Of a DNA stretch of 64,000 bases, positions 39,401-49,935 are shown in pieces. This DNA is from Marsupella aquatica (taxonomy: Eukaryota > Plantae > Marchantiophyta). The first letter of the stretch is position 1. Every line of letters starts with the position of its first letter. Under the pieces are notes generated by a model that searched no databases, had not been told where the DNA came from, and saw nothing but the letters and a program-made list of their open reading frames with translations. The DNA lies in the NCBI GenBank assembly GCA_973895155.1, contig OZ316893.1:7464963-7528962 (forward strand), given 5' to 3'. Both the position numbers and the translations under genes were made by a program.

Positions 39401-40164
39401 AAGAAGTTCATGTGCATCAATACGCACAACGTTTTCATGTCTGTCCCAATGTACAGATCCAAGACAGATGTCCAGGTAAATATTCTCTCTCAGTATAGCT
39501 ATACTAGCGCCCGGCGCTACTCTTTATTTCTTAGGAGGTCTTCTCTCATGAGAAAAAGATTTTTGAAATCCAGTTGGTTCATCAACTTTTGCAGGTCTTC
39601 ACTCTTCGACTGGACATATTTTGTCGAGTTTCTTTTAAAGGAAAGGTCCCAAAGGATCCAAGATTCAAGCCATTATCTAGCGCTGAAGATCCTTCAATCT
39701 CGAACCTTATTGGGCTACAATCTTTGAAGGAAGATCATTGTCCTGAACTCCATTTTACTGGGAATTCCCGACTGCCGGTTGGTTTTATGCAAACTGTCCT
39801 TGAACTCTTTACAATACCTAAGGATATTGTAATTGATTGGACCGTCGGCTCAGGTAGTACGTTCATTGCTGGGGATTACTCGGGCCGTTTTGTCATCGGG
39901 TTAGAAAATCATCGGGAGTTTGTTGAGACCGCTTCGAGGATTTTTTTGGACCTCATTTCTCCAAAACCTTTGGAGACACAACCTCCCCCTCCTCAAATAA
40001 CCGGACGAAAAAAGAAAGATAGACTTAGATCTATCCTCAACTTTGATTCGGACGAAGATGATGGGACGCCAGAAGATGATGTTCCTGAGGATGTCAATGA
40101 CGGCGGGAAAGAGGAAACCCGACATGATGGGTCAACGGAGGACAGCGAAGAGTCTTCCGAGTAA
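36437..40164 (+). pseudogene. ParB/Srx-like + helical region + beta-class N6A/N4C DNA-methyltransferase-like fusion gene, copy B (4 exons: ~36437-37187, 37280-38612, 38772-39475, 39595-40164)
   Basis: RIPMCRL...SIEKLKDSFRSTGY...VFDGNHQL; GFIYLPTG...FLSNDGMLAIL; RLPVGFMQTVLELFTIPKDIVIDWTVGSGSTFIAGDYSGRFVIGLE; GT-AG introns at the same places in A and C; stop near 36491 and frameshift near 37066. Confidence 0.8.
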
Positions 40165-40279
40165 TTTTCGTCTCTCGTAAGCTCCTTCATCCTTTCAATT
40201 GTTGGCTAATCTTCAATTCCGCCAGTTCTATCGGTTAAGTACTTACTTCCTCTTTCTCTTCTGCTTCTCTTTTGAGCAG

Positions 40280-40589
40280 GTCAGAATGGAACCAAAGAAA
40301 ATGGTTTCAACTCTGGAGGAAAGTGGCTCAAAATGTAATCATCACTCCCGAGAAGCCATTTGTATTGCCATCATACGCTGAGAACGTCGCGAGGAAGGTA
40401 GAGAAATTTAGAACTCTCTGCTGGGAAACAAAAGGACTTAGGCTTCTTAGGGGAGTAGACAGGAAGTTCATGAGGAACCCCTACGTAGATGATGTTTCTA
40501 GAAGCAAGTATATTGATGATGAGGCAGAGTCGACCGACAGATCTCATAGCTCCCAGAATGAGAGCTCAGAATCTGACTTTGAAGGGTAG
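40280..40589 (+). CDS. Third small MULE ORF/exon (~100 aa, basic then acidic), unknown function
   Basis: SEWN...TPEKPFVLPSYAEN...RTLCWExKGLRL...NPYVDDVxRSKYxDDEA conserved with copy C (~51890-52188, minus); preceded by a CAG acceptor. Confidence 0.6.
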
Positions 40590-43500
40590 CAATTTTCTCC
40601 TCTCTCAGGTCAAACTTCCTCCCAATTGTACGAGTATGCCCTTGGTTTTTGTTAGCGCCGGGCGCTATTGAATTTATTAAAAATGAATTGAGTTTTAGGG
40701 ATGTTGCCCCTTCCTTTCAATGGTTAATGTGGTCTTGAGTACCGTCCTTTGTGTGGGTTCCTCGGCTTGGTTAATTGGCGCCCGCCGATACCCAAAAAAC
40801 ACGTCGGAAGCTTCCGTTTGTTATTTGTCGTTTCCGCCCTAGTGTCATTTGGCTTTCACTCGAAGACTGGTACCGACAAGAGGACCTGTAACGATAAATC
40901 CAAGCCCCTTATTGACATACTATTGTTTCTTTCAAAGTCCATTTCTCTCATTTTTCTCCTTCTCGGTTCCATGGAAGGCCAGTTTATCGACGGCCCACGA
41001 GAGCATATGTCAACTTCCGATTAGATGGTTTCCACCAAGATCCAGATTGTCAGAACTCTGGGATTGATGATGAATGTCACTCTTCGAGATAGGACATTGT
41101 ACGAGGAGGCACCCACCGGGAGTGTTAGCGCCTGGCGCTAGTTACAATTGTTCTGGAAACTTTAGTGTTCCTAAGTAGAAATATTTGTACACCGAGGACA
41201 ATATGTTTCACTTAAATAAAAAATCTCGGGTTTTTTTTCTTTCAATTTCCCTTTAGAAGTTATGACTCAGATACCTTGGTTAAGTCCTACTTCTGTGCTT
41301 TGATATTGAACTTAGACTATTATTAATGTTTGGTTCTACTTGGATCTCAGCCTGAACATCAATCCTAGGTTCTCGTGATTTTTTGCACAAAGAATTGGAA
41401 GCGGCTGGCTCTAATATTCGGCATGTTTGGGCGATTAATGTGTCAATATTTTGGGTTTGAACGCCCGGCGCTAGTATTCGGCATGATGCGTTTGTGATTA
41501 TTTTTCCTGTGGACTCCCGGCGCTAATATTCGGCATCGCATAATTATCAGTATTTTAGGAACTGATTTTTTTAATTTTGCCACAATACCAGGAGAAATGT
41601 GCTCCCAAAATAGGAAATTTTGCTGTTACCAGTTCCTGTTATATTTTGCTGTTTGCTGTTTACTGCCTTTTGTAAACACCTCCTTGTCACTAAGGAGAAT
41701 CTAGAAAACATGAAATACCACCCGCGAGTGCTCTGTACTGTCTTCAATGGGGACAAGGGTTCACTGATTGAAATTGAAGTGACGATGCACACCGTGAACC
41801 AGTAAGTTTGTCTTTTTAGCATATCTTGGAGAGGAATTGTTTTACAAGCGCCCAACGCTGCTTAAATGTTTTTCAAATTGCTTTCTTTTCCTTCAGGCTT
41901 GGACAAGCCATGGTCGAACCGTCATGGATCCTTGACGCAGATTGAATCAAGAGGATTTTGATTCACGACCTGGAGTACTATAGTAAGCTCATCGACCCTA
42001 CGAATTATAAGAAGTTTGAGCTGATCAGGCTAAAGATGCGGAAAGGATCCTGGTACACGAAGAAGATGCCTCAAGAGGCTCTTGTCTATATTCTATGTGA
42101 GAATAAGATTAAATCATATTCTAACCAGTTCAAGCTTGACATGGAGTCCGCTGCGGCCTAGGTACCCCTTGGTCGGCCGAGGAGGTTTCCACAAGGCATG
42201 CCGTAATGATGAAGGAGGCCACCAAGGAGTGGGCAATGAAAACATCAAAAATCACTCCTTTGTTGAGTCCAGAATTTGAGGACTTTCTGTCTACGTGCGC
42301 AGAAATGTATGCTGTGATGGAGAGAAATAAGTGAGAGAAGAAACCAGATACCGTCTTGTGTACGATGGACCGAGCCAGGCCTTTTACTGCTGTTTCCGCA
42401 CTCGACCCCAAGCTCAGGAGTACTTTGCTTGTCGCCCATTGCAATCCTGAGCTCCGAAGGCAATTCTTCCATCCGAACAGAGTCAATGATGATCCAATAA
42501 AACAGTGGTGTCACACCTGAATAACGTGGAACAATGTAGAGGGGATTGCAGTGGGGATGTTACAGTGTGCTTTGAGAGAGATCCAACAAATTATTCCCAA
42601 GAATCGCCTGCAAGCCTGGGCATGTGAATGTTTTGAAGCTCTCATTGATATAGTTACTAATGATTTCAAGAGATACGAAGACTCGGTGAAGAGTAAGTTT
42701 TTTAATACAATGTGGCCTTCGAAGTATCCGGACAAAGAGGACTACTCTTTGAAGAACCAGAAGCGAGCAAAAAGGTACCTCTACCAATTTTACATCCACA
42801 TGGAAGTAACTAGACCTAATTACTTCTGGGCATATCCCGCCGCTTTTCAGAAGTGGACAGTAATATCAGAAGGTGACAATTTATGTGATTTGTACTCTAT
42901 GTACCCCACGGAGGGAATTTTCCCAGCAAGACCTTTAAGTGAATGGGAGAGAACCCACTGTCCATGGTACCTAGATATAGACAGATGGGACTCGCCCTTT
43001 GATCACCGAGAAAAGGATGCTTTCCACAAGCTCTCTAAGTTGTAGATACCAGTCAATATTGTTTCTGACATGAAGCAGGGACTAGCGGACAATGTAGATA
43101 AGTCCACAACAGAATTGCAAATGAACTGTGAGACCACAGTTGTTCACGTTGACCAAAGCCGGAAGCCTCGCGCGAAAGGGAAAGCTGATACTGTTGTCCC
43201 AAGTGAATCAACAAGGTCCGGGAAAAAACGTAAGTATAATTTGCAGTTCTTTGGTTAGCGCCTGGCGCTGCTATGCCATTCAATATATGTTAGATTGCAT
43301 TTGTCTCATTTGTTCCAGAAATATATATATTTCCTTCCATCTCTTCAAGAAAGTTTGGCCAGCGCCGGGCGTTAGTATACTTTGCATTTTCCATACGCTC
43401 AAATGTAACATCGCCTTCCATTGGATCAGGGAGAAAGACAAACGCCATCGGCAATGGCGATACAAAGATAGATGCCACCCCAGAGGCATCTGAAGCCAAT

Positions 43501-44964
43501 ACAGGGCCTCCATTTGACCCACTTACACCCGTCGAGAAAGGGAAGTCAATTGCTCCAGTAGATGCGGTCAGTACTAGAAAGAAGCGAAAAAGGGCAATTG
43601 AAGGTGGATCCTCCTCCGCTCGGGAAAGTGCGGTTGCAACGAGTGTTCAACGTGAAGTTGGTGACTTCAAAAACACTCTTTCAAGGCATTGCATGGTTGA
43701 GTCTAGCATCTCAAAATTCTATGACACAACGTTCAACAAAGAGGAGAAGCCTGACTGGGTAAATGGTGTAGAGAAATGGGCAAAGGAACTCATGAAGTCG
43801 GGATATCGAGACAAGGGAATTGTCCATGGGGGGAAGGAAAGATCCTTTGGAGTACACGCGGGATTCATTTACCTTCCTACGGGTCTGAACCATCGCTGCT
43901 AGATAGAAAAGTCCCAAAATGGAATACCCCTGACCACACACTGGCAACATCATTCTTTCGTGGAATGGACCCATTTTTATCAAATGACGGAATGCTAGCA
44001 GTTTTGCATAATGGGGAGTACGATCCTATGTCTCAGGTTATATCCACATGTTAGGAATCGAAGAAGTTTCATTGCATCTCCACACACAATGTTGTTATGT
44101 CAGTTCCTATGTACGTGCCGAAGACTGACCGACAGGTAAATTCCAAGTCATGATCTCTATTTTTTACACTCAAAAATGTGTATGAATGCAAGGAATGACA
44201 TATCATTCTTGGTTTATCTCGCAGATATTCACGCTCAGGCTAGACGTCTTTTGCCGAGTATCTCAGAAAGGGAAAGTACCCAAGGACTCGAGGTTTAGAC
44301 CTCTGTTTGTTACAGAAGATCCCTCCATCACTAATTTAATTGGGCTTCCAACTCTCAATATAGATCCAACACCTGAGATGGAATTCGCAGGGAATGCCCG
44401 TTTGTCGGTTGGATTCATGCAGTTTGTGATAGAGCTCATCATTCGGCCTCAGGATATTTTCATAGATTGGACAGTTGGTTCGGGTAGCTCTTTTGTAGCT
44501 GGAGACTATTCTGGGAGGTTTGTTATTGGACTGGAGAATTGGAAGGATTTTGTTGAAACTGGTTCCAAGGCGTTCTTAAATCTACTCTCTTCTAAGGAAG
44601 TAGAAACCTTGCCTCCCCCAATTCAACCACCGGAAAAGAAAAAGAGGGACAAGCTCCGGTCTGTACTTAATTTTGACTCCGATGATGAGTCAAGTGGGGG
44701 GACAGCAGATGAAGTGGACGGGGAGACAACTCAAGGGGAGTAAGGAGCAATCTGCTGGCGAGAGTGACAGCGATGACTCTTTCGAGTAATGTTCTGAAAC
44801 TCGTAAGCTTCTTTCTCTTTTCCAGCTCCTTCATGCATTTTGTGCTATTGATTATTGTGATGCCTAACCAGGAATCACTAGGCCGGTTAAGTGGGAAAAC
44901 GGAAGTGTACCCTAGAAACACCTTAGTATAGTTACAAGAATGAGGAAAATATATACAATTAAGG

Positions 44965-47900
44965 ATGACTATGGAACCCGGGCCGAGGCCGGAAGTAAGG
45001 ACGCCGGGGGAGAGAATACAATTAGGGTTAGGGCGCACTAAGTGTCGACGGCTAGGGATAACCAACGATAGGGAAGACCAGAGGAGGAGAGGGGTAAGGA
45101 CGGCTCACGAGGAATGGTGGCTCATTTGCAAGCACGAACTGGGCAGACGACTATGGGAGGCCAACTACTGTCAGCTGCTTAGACAAGCACTCTGGGCGGG
45201 AGCAGATACCAACGAATAACTCAAGGAGGGTATGAGCAACGTCAATCAAGCGGCACATTTTTGGGGATGCATGTTCGAACGGGCAATTGAGTACATTGGG
45301 ACTTATGAGGACGAAGAATCGGAGAGAGCAGCTCGAGAACAGCAGGAGCTCGCTCGACTATGGGAGTTGCTGAAATCTGCCTTCTTAGGAGGAGAATTCA
45401 TCAAGGTCGAGTTCTTGTGGACTCCTACTGCCAATCAGCTTGATGACCTTCTGTTTTGCGAAAACAGGATCGTCGGTATTTGGGAAGCCATCAACCGCTG
45501 CAACGACATACACTGGGAGTTGAAGGGTAGCATGGAGGGGTGGACAAAGGCAACCATGCTAGGAGAAACATCCATGGCAGCCGAGATGAAGAGAAAAGGA
45601 AACAACAACGAAGAGGCCACCCCAGCAAAAAGAACAAGGTCGGCAGCACCAAGGAAGCTAGCAGAGCAGGGAAGCAGGAGGCAGGCGGAAGCTGACAAGG
45701 AGGAGGTCAATCCCATCAATGCCATTCCAACAAAGGATGACACCTGGAAAGGCTGGGCGGCGACCCTACCAGAAGAAGTGCAACTGCATTTTGCACGGGA
45801 GGAGGATGCATGCTTTACCCATGCAGACCAAGAAGTACCAGGGCTTCATAGCCGGATCCAGCTTGGAAGCCTTCGTAAAATTACCATGGCTGAAGCCGGA
45901 GGTGCCGGATTCAGACTTATTAGAATCTGTGGGATCATGGGAGCCCAAGACCAATTCCACAAGGGTGTATGGGAAGGATTTCTATCTCACTCCCCGGGTG
46001 ATTGCCGAAGTGTTTGGCTTGCCGATGGGCAATAAGACCAAAGTAGATACCAGGAAGACCTTGCCAGACAAGGAGTTCCGGTTGTTTCCAGGGCCATCAA
46101 CAAAGAATGGCTTCTTTTGAAACACCTGCACCAACCCACACATAGGAGAAATGATCGATTTCTTGCGGGTGACCATGCATTGTAACTTGCCGAGGGCAGA
46201 GATCGGCAAGACATAGGTCTATCTGGCGGAGAGGCCAGACCCAAGCCGAGACTACAACGGGTACCTCCTCACCCAACTAAAGAAGATCTTGAAGGAGGAA
46301 CAGCTGGTGATCGGCATGGGAAGCGTGTCCCGGCTTGGCTATCACATGCCGCTATTGTGCCGGTATGCCAGAAGTCAGATCTTTGCCCCAGTACTTCCCC
46401 TACAGGCGAGGGCACCAGAGGAAGTCCCGAAGCAGAGGCCGGCAATAGAGGAGCCCAACCAGCCCGCCAGTCCTACGATCAAGTAGATGTTTTGGCCAAG
46501 AAAAGAAGACTTGCCGATGCAGCAATCAGGCATGCAGAATCTGCTGAAATTGCTGGAAAAGGAGAAGAGAACGGCAACGGCACCGGCACCGGTACAGGAC
46601 ACTGCCCCAGAGGTTGGCCTAAGCCGACTCAGGAGGGAAAACCCCTTTACCGGAGCCAAGGTGAGAAGGAGGCCAGAACACGAGCCGGGAGTTCGAATGT
46701 ATGTGGGAGCCTCTAGCCCCGAATCGGAGGCAGAGCAGCCTAAGGCTCCTGCCCGCGGAAAGCAGAGGGAGAAGACAGCCTGGAAGCCAGAGGAGGAACC
46801 AGGGCCCATGATCTGTGAGGCCATTTTTACGGCGGGACCAGGAGAATAGAGGGGGAAGCCGGGAGTCCAAGCAGTGGAGGAGGCGGTGGAGGACTACAAC
46901 AATGATAACTCTGGCTATGGGTCGGATCATCATGTACCAGGAGTAAGAACCTGTGGCCGCTTTATCCCCATGCTTCCAAGAGTAGTTCGAGGGGATCCCA
47001 CCCAACAGAGCAGCCCCGAGTCCCCCCCACCAGATGTCGCTCCCCCGAGATTTGATGGCATAAAGCAGACGGCACAAGAGTTTCAGGAGCGACTCAGAGA
47101 GGAAGAGAAGGCAGCCCTGGCTAGGGAGAAAGATTTACCAGGAGGAGATTGGTCGGAGGACATCAGGCGGCTTGCCGAAAAAAGAAGCAACCCTCTTGCC
47201 ACCATAGAAGAAATCCGCAGGGCGGCTTGGGAACAGAGGCCGAGGTGGTTGATGCCGATGACTTCTACTTACTCCACCTATGCTAAAGATAGAGCCATGG
47301 AGTATGGGGAGATGTGTGGGGAACTTGCGCTCAGCATCTTTGGGGAGGAGTTGGAGCAGGGACCCTTTTTCCAGAGGGAGATATTGGAGAAGCACCAATT
47401 AGAAGAAGCGGTGGCTTTGGAGAGAAGCAAGAAGGACAAGGTCATCCGGCGGCTTAGGGAGATGGAAGCCGAGGTGGAAGACCTAAAGGCAGCCAAGAAA
47501 GCCCAAGATGAGCTACGGATTAAACGGCATGAGTTAAACATCATGCAGGGGTAGTTGGATACCGTGCAGTCTGATAATCAGATTATCAAGGATAAACTGA
47601 CTCAGACCCAAGGAGAGTTGGCCGAGGCGGTCAAAGATAGGGAGAAGTGGAAGCAAGAGCTGAGAGACGCAGAGGAGGCCCACATAGCAGCCAACAAGCG
47701 GGCCATGACGGAGACTCAGAGAAGGGAGAGGGTGTTGAAGGGGGAACTCAAGGATATCCGTGCAGCCCTAGAGCAGAAGGAGGCCAAGTTAGGGAAATCC
47801 TATCAGGCGATTATTGTGCTGCGGTAGGAGCTCGCATCCATGATGGCCAGCTTCAAGGCCAACCTCCGCAAGAAAGATGACCAGCTCGACCAGACTTATG

Positions 47901-48709
47901 CCAAGATGAATAAAATGGAGTATGAGGTCGTTACAGAGCTCGACAAGGAGCTGAGAGCAACCCAGGAGGAGAGGGCTACCTTAAAGAAAGAGTTGGAGAA
48001 AGCCCATAAAGAGTTGGAGGAAGCCCAGAAAGAGTTGGAAGAAGCCCAGAAGGAGCTGAAGGAGGCAAGGAAGGACCTGGATGAATTGCAGGAGGAGTTG
48101 GAGGAAAGCACACGGAAGATGGAGAACTTACAGCGGCGGGCCGACAACCAAACGGAGCGGCTAAAGAAACAGGCCGCAGTATTTAAGTGCTTAGCTTCAT
48201 CTGTTCCAACTCCAATTGTGGGAACCCCATTACCAGGAGTGGTACTGGCAGAAGGACAAGCCAAGACACACGCCCTGGTGCCGGAGGTAAGTGGCAAAGG
48301 GAAGGGACCAGCTGCCGAAATAGGGAAGAAGAAGAAGCGGAAACCTTCTGGGTCTGGGAGTTATACGGCTCCTCCAGCCGTTGTGACCAAGGAGGTAAAC
48401 CCGGCACCAACCTCCGGCATGGTCACGACAATGGATCCACCTGTCAAGGAAGGTGGGGATGGCAAGGCCGAGGCCGGGACAACTATTGATGAAGCTGTGG
48501 TAGCAAACCCACCACTAGAGCTAGCCGAGGAAACCATAGCCGGGGAGGCTGTGGCCGATACTGATGCCAAAGCCGAGGGTGGACCCAGTCAGGCCGATGA
48601 AGAGTTGACTTGGTCTGAGGCAGGTAATCTGTCAGAGGAAGGACCGACGGCAGTGACTACGGGGGAAGCGTTGGGGGCGTCCATTGAGGATCCACCATTG
48701 GTGTCGTGA
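44965..48709 (+). pseudogene. LTR-internal PMD-like/coiled-coil ORF, more decayed paralog of 23057-26686
   Basis: Colinear fragments 44965, 45232, 45719, 46289, 46487, 46874, 47555 and 47840; multiple TAG/TAA/TGA stops and one frameshift. Confidence 0.8.
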
Positions 48710-49632
48710 CGGTGCAAGGGCGTCGTTCCTTTTAGAACGGCGGACGTGGAGGTAGGAGGCGTGAGTGGGCAGGGCGGGCTCGGATCTCCAAGTTTAGGTT
48801 GAGGATCAAGACCAGGAGACGGCCCTGACACTTAGATTAGTGGGATTGCGGATCCACTAGTAGGAGCAACACTTGTGCTCCTGCCTCGATGTACATATGT
48901 AGATTACAGTTAGGTATATTACAGGTAGGATAGATTAAGCTTACGCTGCTATGAATTGGCGGATCCACTTCCAGGATAAGTACCTGGGCAGCGAGGAGTC
49001 CAGGGCCTTTTTTTTAGCAAGTTTTTAGTTGCACCAGCAGGGCTGGGATCAAGTAGTAAGAGAAGCTCTCGGTTAGTTATACAGTGACCCTTGTGTATAT
49101 TCATGTTTCCTCATGCCTAAGAGCTTAATAGAGTTGGCCTCACGGCTTAGTTCGCAGAACTTGTGTATGAGATGTACTGTTTGTATGGCAAGTGCATGGT
49201 ATAACTCAGTCAGAAGGAGTCATTTTGCTATTTGTGTGTCGCATTAACTTGTGTGAAGAGTGCCCACATCAACTAATAGATGAAGGGAAGTAAGCAAGGG
49301 AGTGAGAGTTGGATGTGTCGAGCTGAGAGAGGTCTTAGCGGCTTAACCAAGCCAATTGGGGATCATTCCGGTGGCGGAATCCAAATACACCTAAAGAAAA
49401 GGAGGGGAATACAAGGGAAGGCCTAGATTAGGCCGGCTACGTATCTCATGACCCGATGAAGGATCTATCTAGTATATGTGTGTAAAATGTTAATAGTAGT
49501 AGTAGAAGGAAGTTAGCAGCATCCCATGCCGCTAAGCCGCGGAAACGGCCTAGCCGAGGACAAAACCTGCGGGAATCGGCCTGCGCAAGGGGGTTTCTTG
49601 GGTTTGGGGAGCCATGGGACGCACCACATTTT

Positions 49633-49650
49633 TGGCGCTAGATGTAGGGG
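49633..49650 (+). promoter_or_regulatory. Primer-binding site, tRNA-Asn type
   Basis: TGGCGCTAGATGTAGGGG 4 nt after the LTR-terminal CA; 16/18 match to TGGCGCTAGAAGGAGGGG, the complement of the plant tRNA-Asn 3' end (recalled consensus). Confidence 0.75.
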
Positions 49651-49697
49651 GCATTTCTTAAGCCGTGAGATATGAAGATAGGAAGAAGGTGTAGGTA

Positions 49698-49935
49698 ATG
49701 ACTGAACCTACGCCAAGGGAAGAAAGAGTGATTCAATGGGAGAGAGCTCGTCTACAACAACTCGCCAGGTGGCATGATACACAACGACTGAGAGGGGCAG
49801 AAAGAGCTAGTAGCTCCGTAACTGAAAGTGGCATCGAAGAAGACATACCGGAAGAAGAGTCCGCAAGGAGAAGTGAGTCTCCAACCGACATGGGAGAACC
49901 AGAGGCACGGCCAGACCAGAGGCCAGGGACCAGAC
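49698..49935 (+). pseudogene. Probable gag N-terminus, truncated
   Basis: ATG ORF ~50 nt after the PBS, cut by the GGGGTATTTAC terminus; identity inferred from position only. Confidence 0.5.

Larger units (their letters stand above)
31091..41682. mobile_element. Complete ~10.6-kb Mutator-like element, copy B
   Basis: Left end GGGTATAGCG...AAACAGG repeats; right end ...TTGTAAACACCTC; TSD CTTGTCAC (31083-31090 / 41683-41690; 9 bp with one mismatch on an alternative boundary); two divergent genes. Confidence 0.9.
30721..44789 (+). pseudogene. ParB-like/MTase-like fusion gene, copy A (5'-deleted, split by MULE B)
   Basis: IPLCQLVHMEVVRTLQ...VFDGNHR (30760-31090) rejoins KENLENMKYHPRV at 41692; later exons 41897-43229, ~43430-44135 and 44225-44789 with GFIYLPTG and DWTVGSGS. 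Confidence 0.8.
22173..44855. mobile_element. Mutator-like element copy A (hosts a solo LTR and MULE B; internal deletion; truncated by LTR at 44856)
   Basis: Terminus GGGTATAACATTGG with AACAG/CTGTTA subterminal repeats like 31091 and 55969; genes colinear with copy B. Confidence 0.8.
44856..49935 (+). mobile_element. 5' end of a Ty3/gypsy (Tat-like) retrotransposon: 4773-bp LTR (44856-49628), PBS and gag-like start, truncated by MULE C
   Basis: TGTGATGC...GCACCACA; homologous to 22942-27598; no matching TSD, instead a PBS then an ORF from 49698. Confidence 0.85.

Noticed and set aside
36437-40164. Bacterial contamination explaining ParB/MTase
   Set aside because: GT-AG introns are conserved in three copies and the gene lies inside a TSD-flanked MULE
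22942-49628. The two family-2 LTRs as 5' and 3' LTRs of a single provirus
   Set aside because: The first has its own TSD and rejoinable flanks; the PBS follows the second copy; they are clearly diverged and no gag-pol lies between
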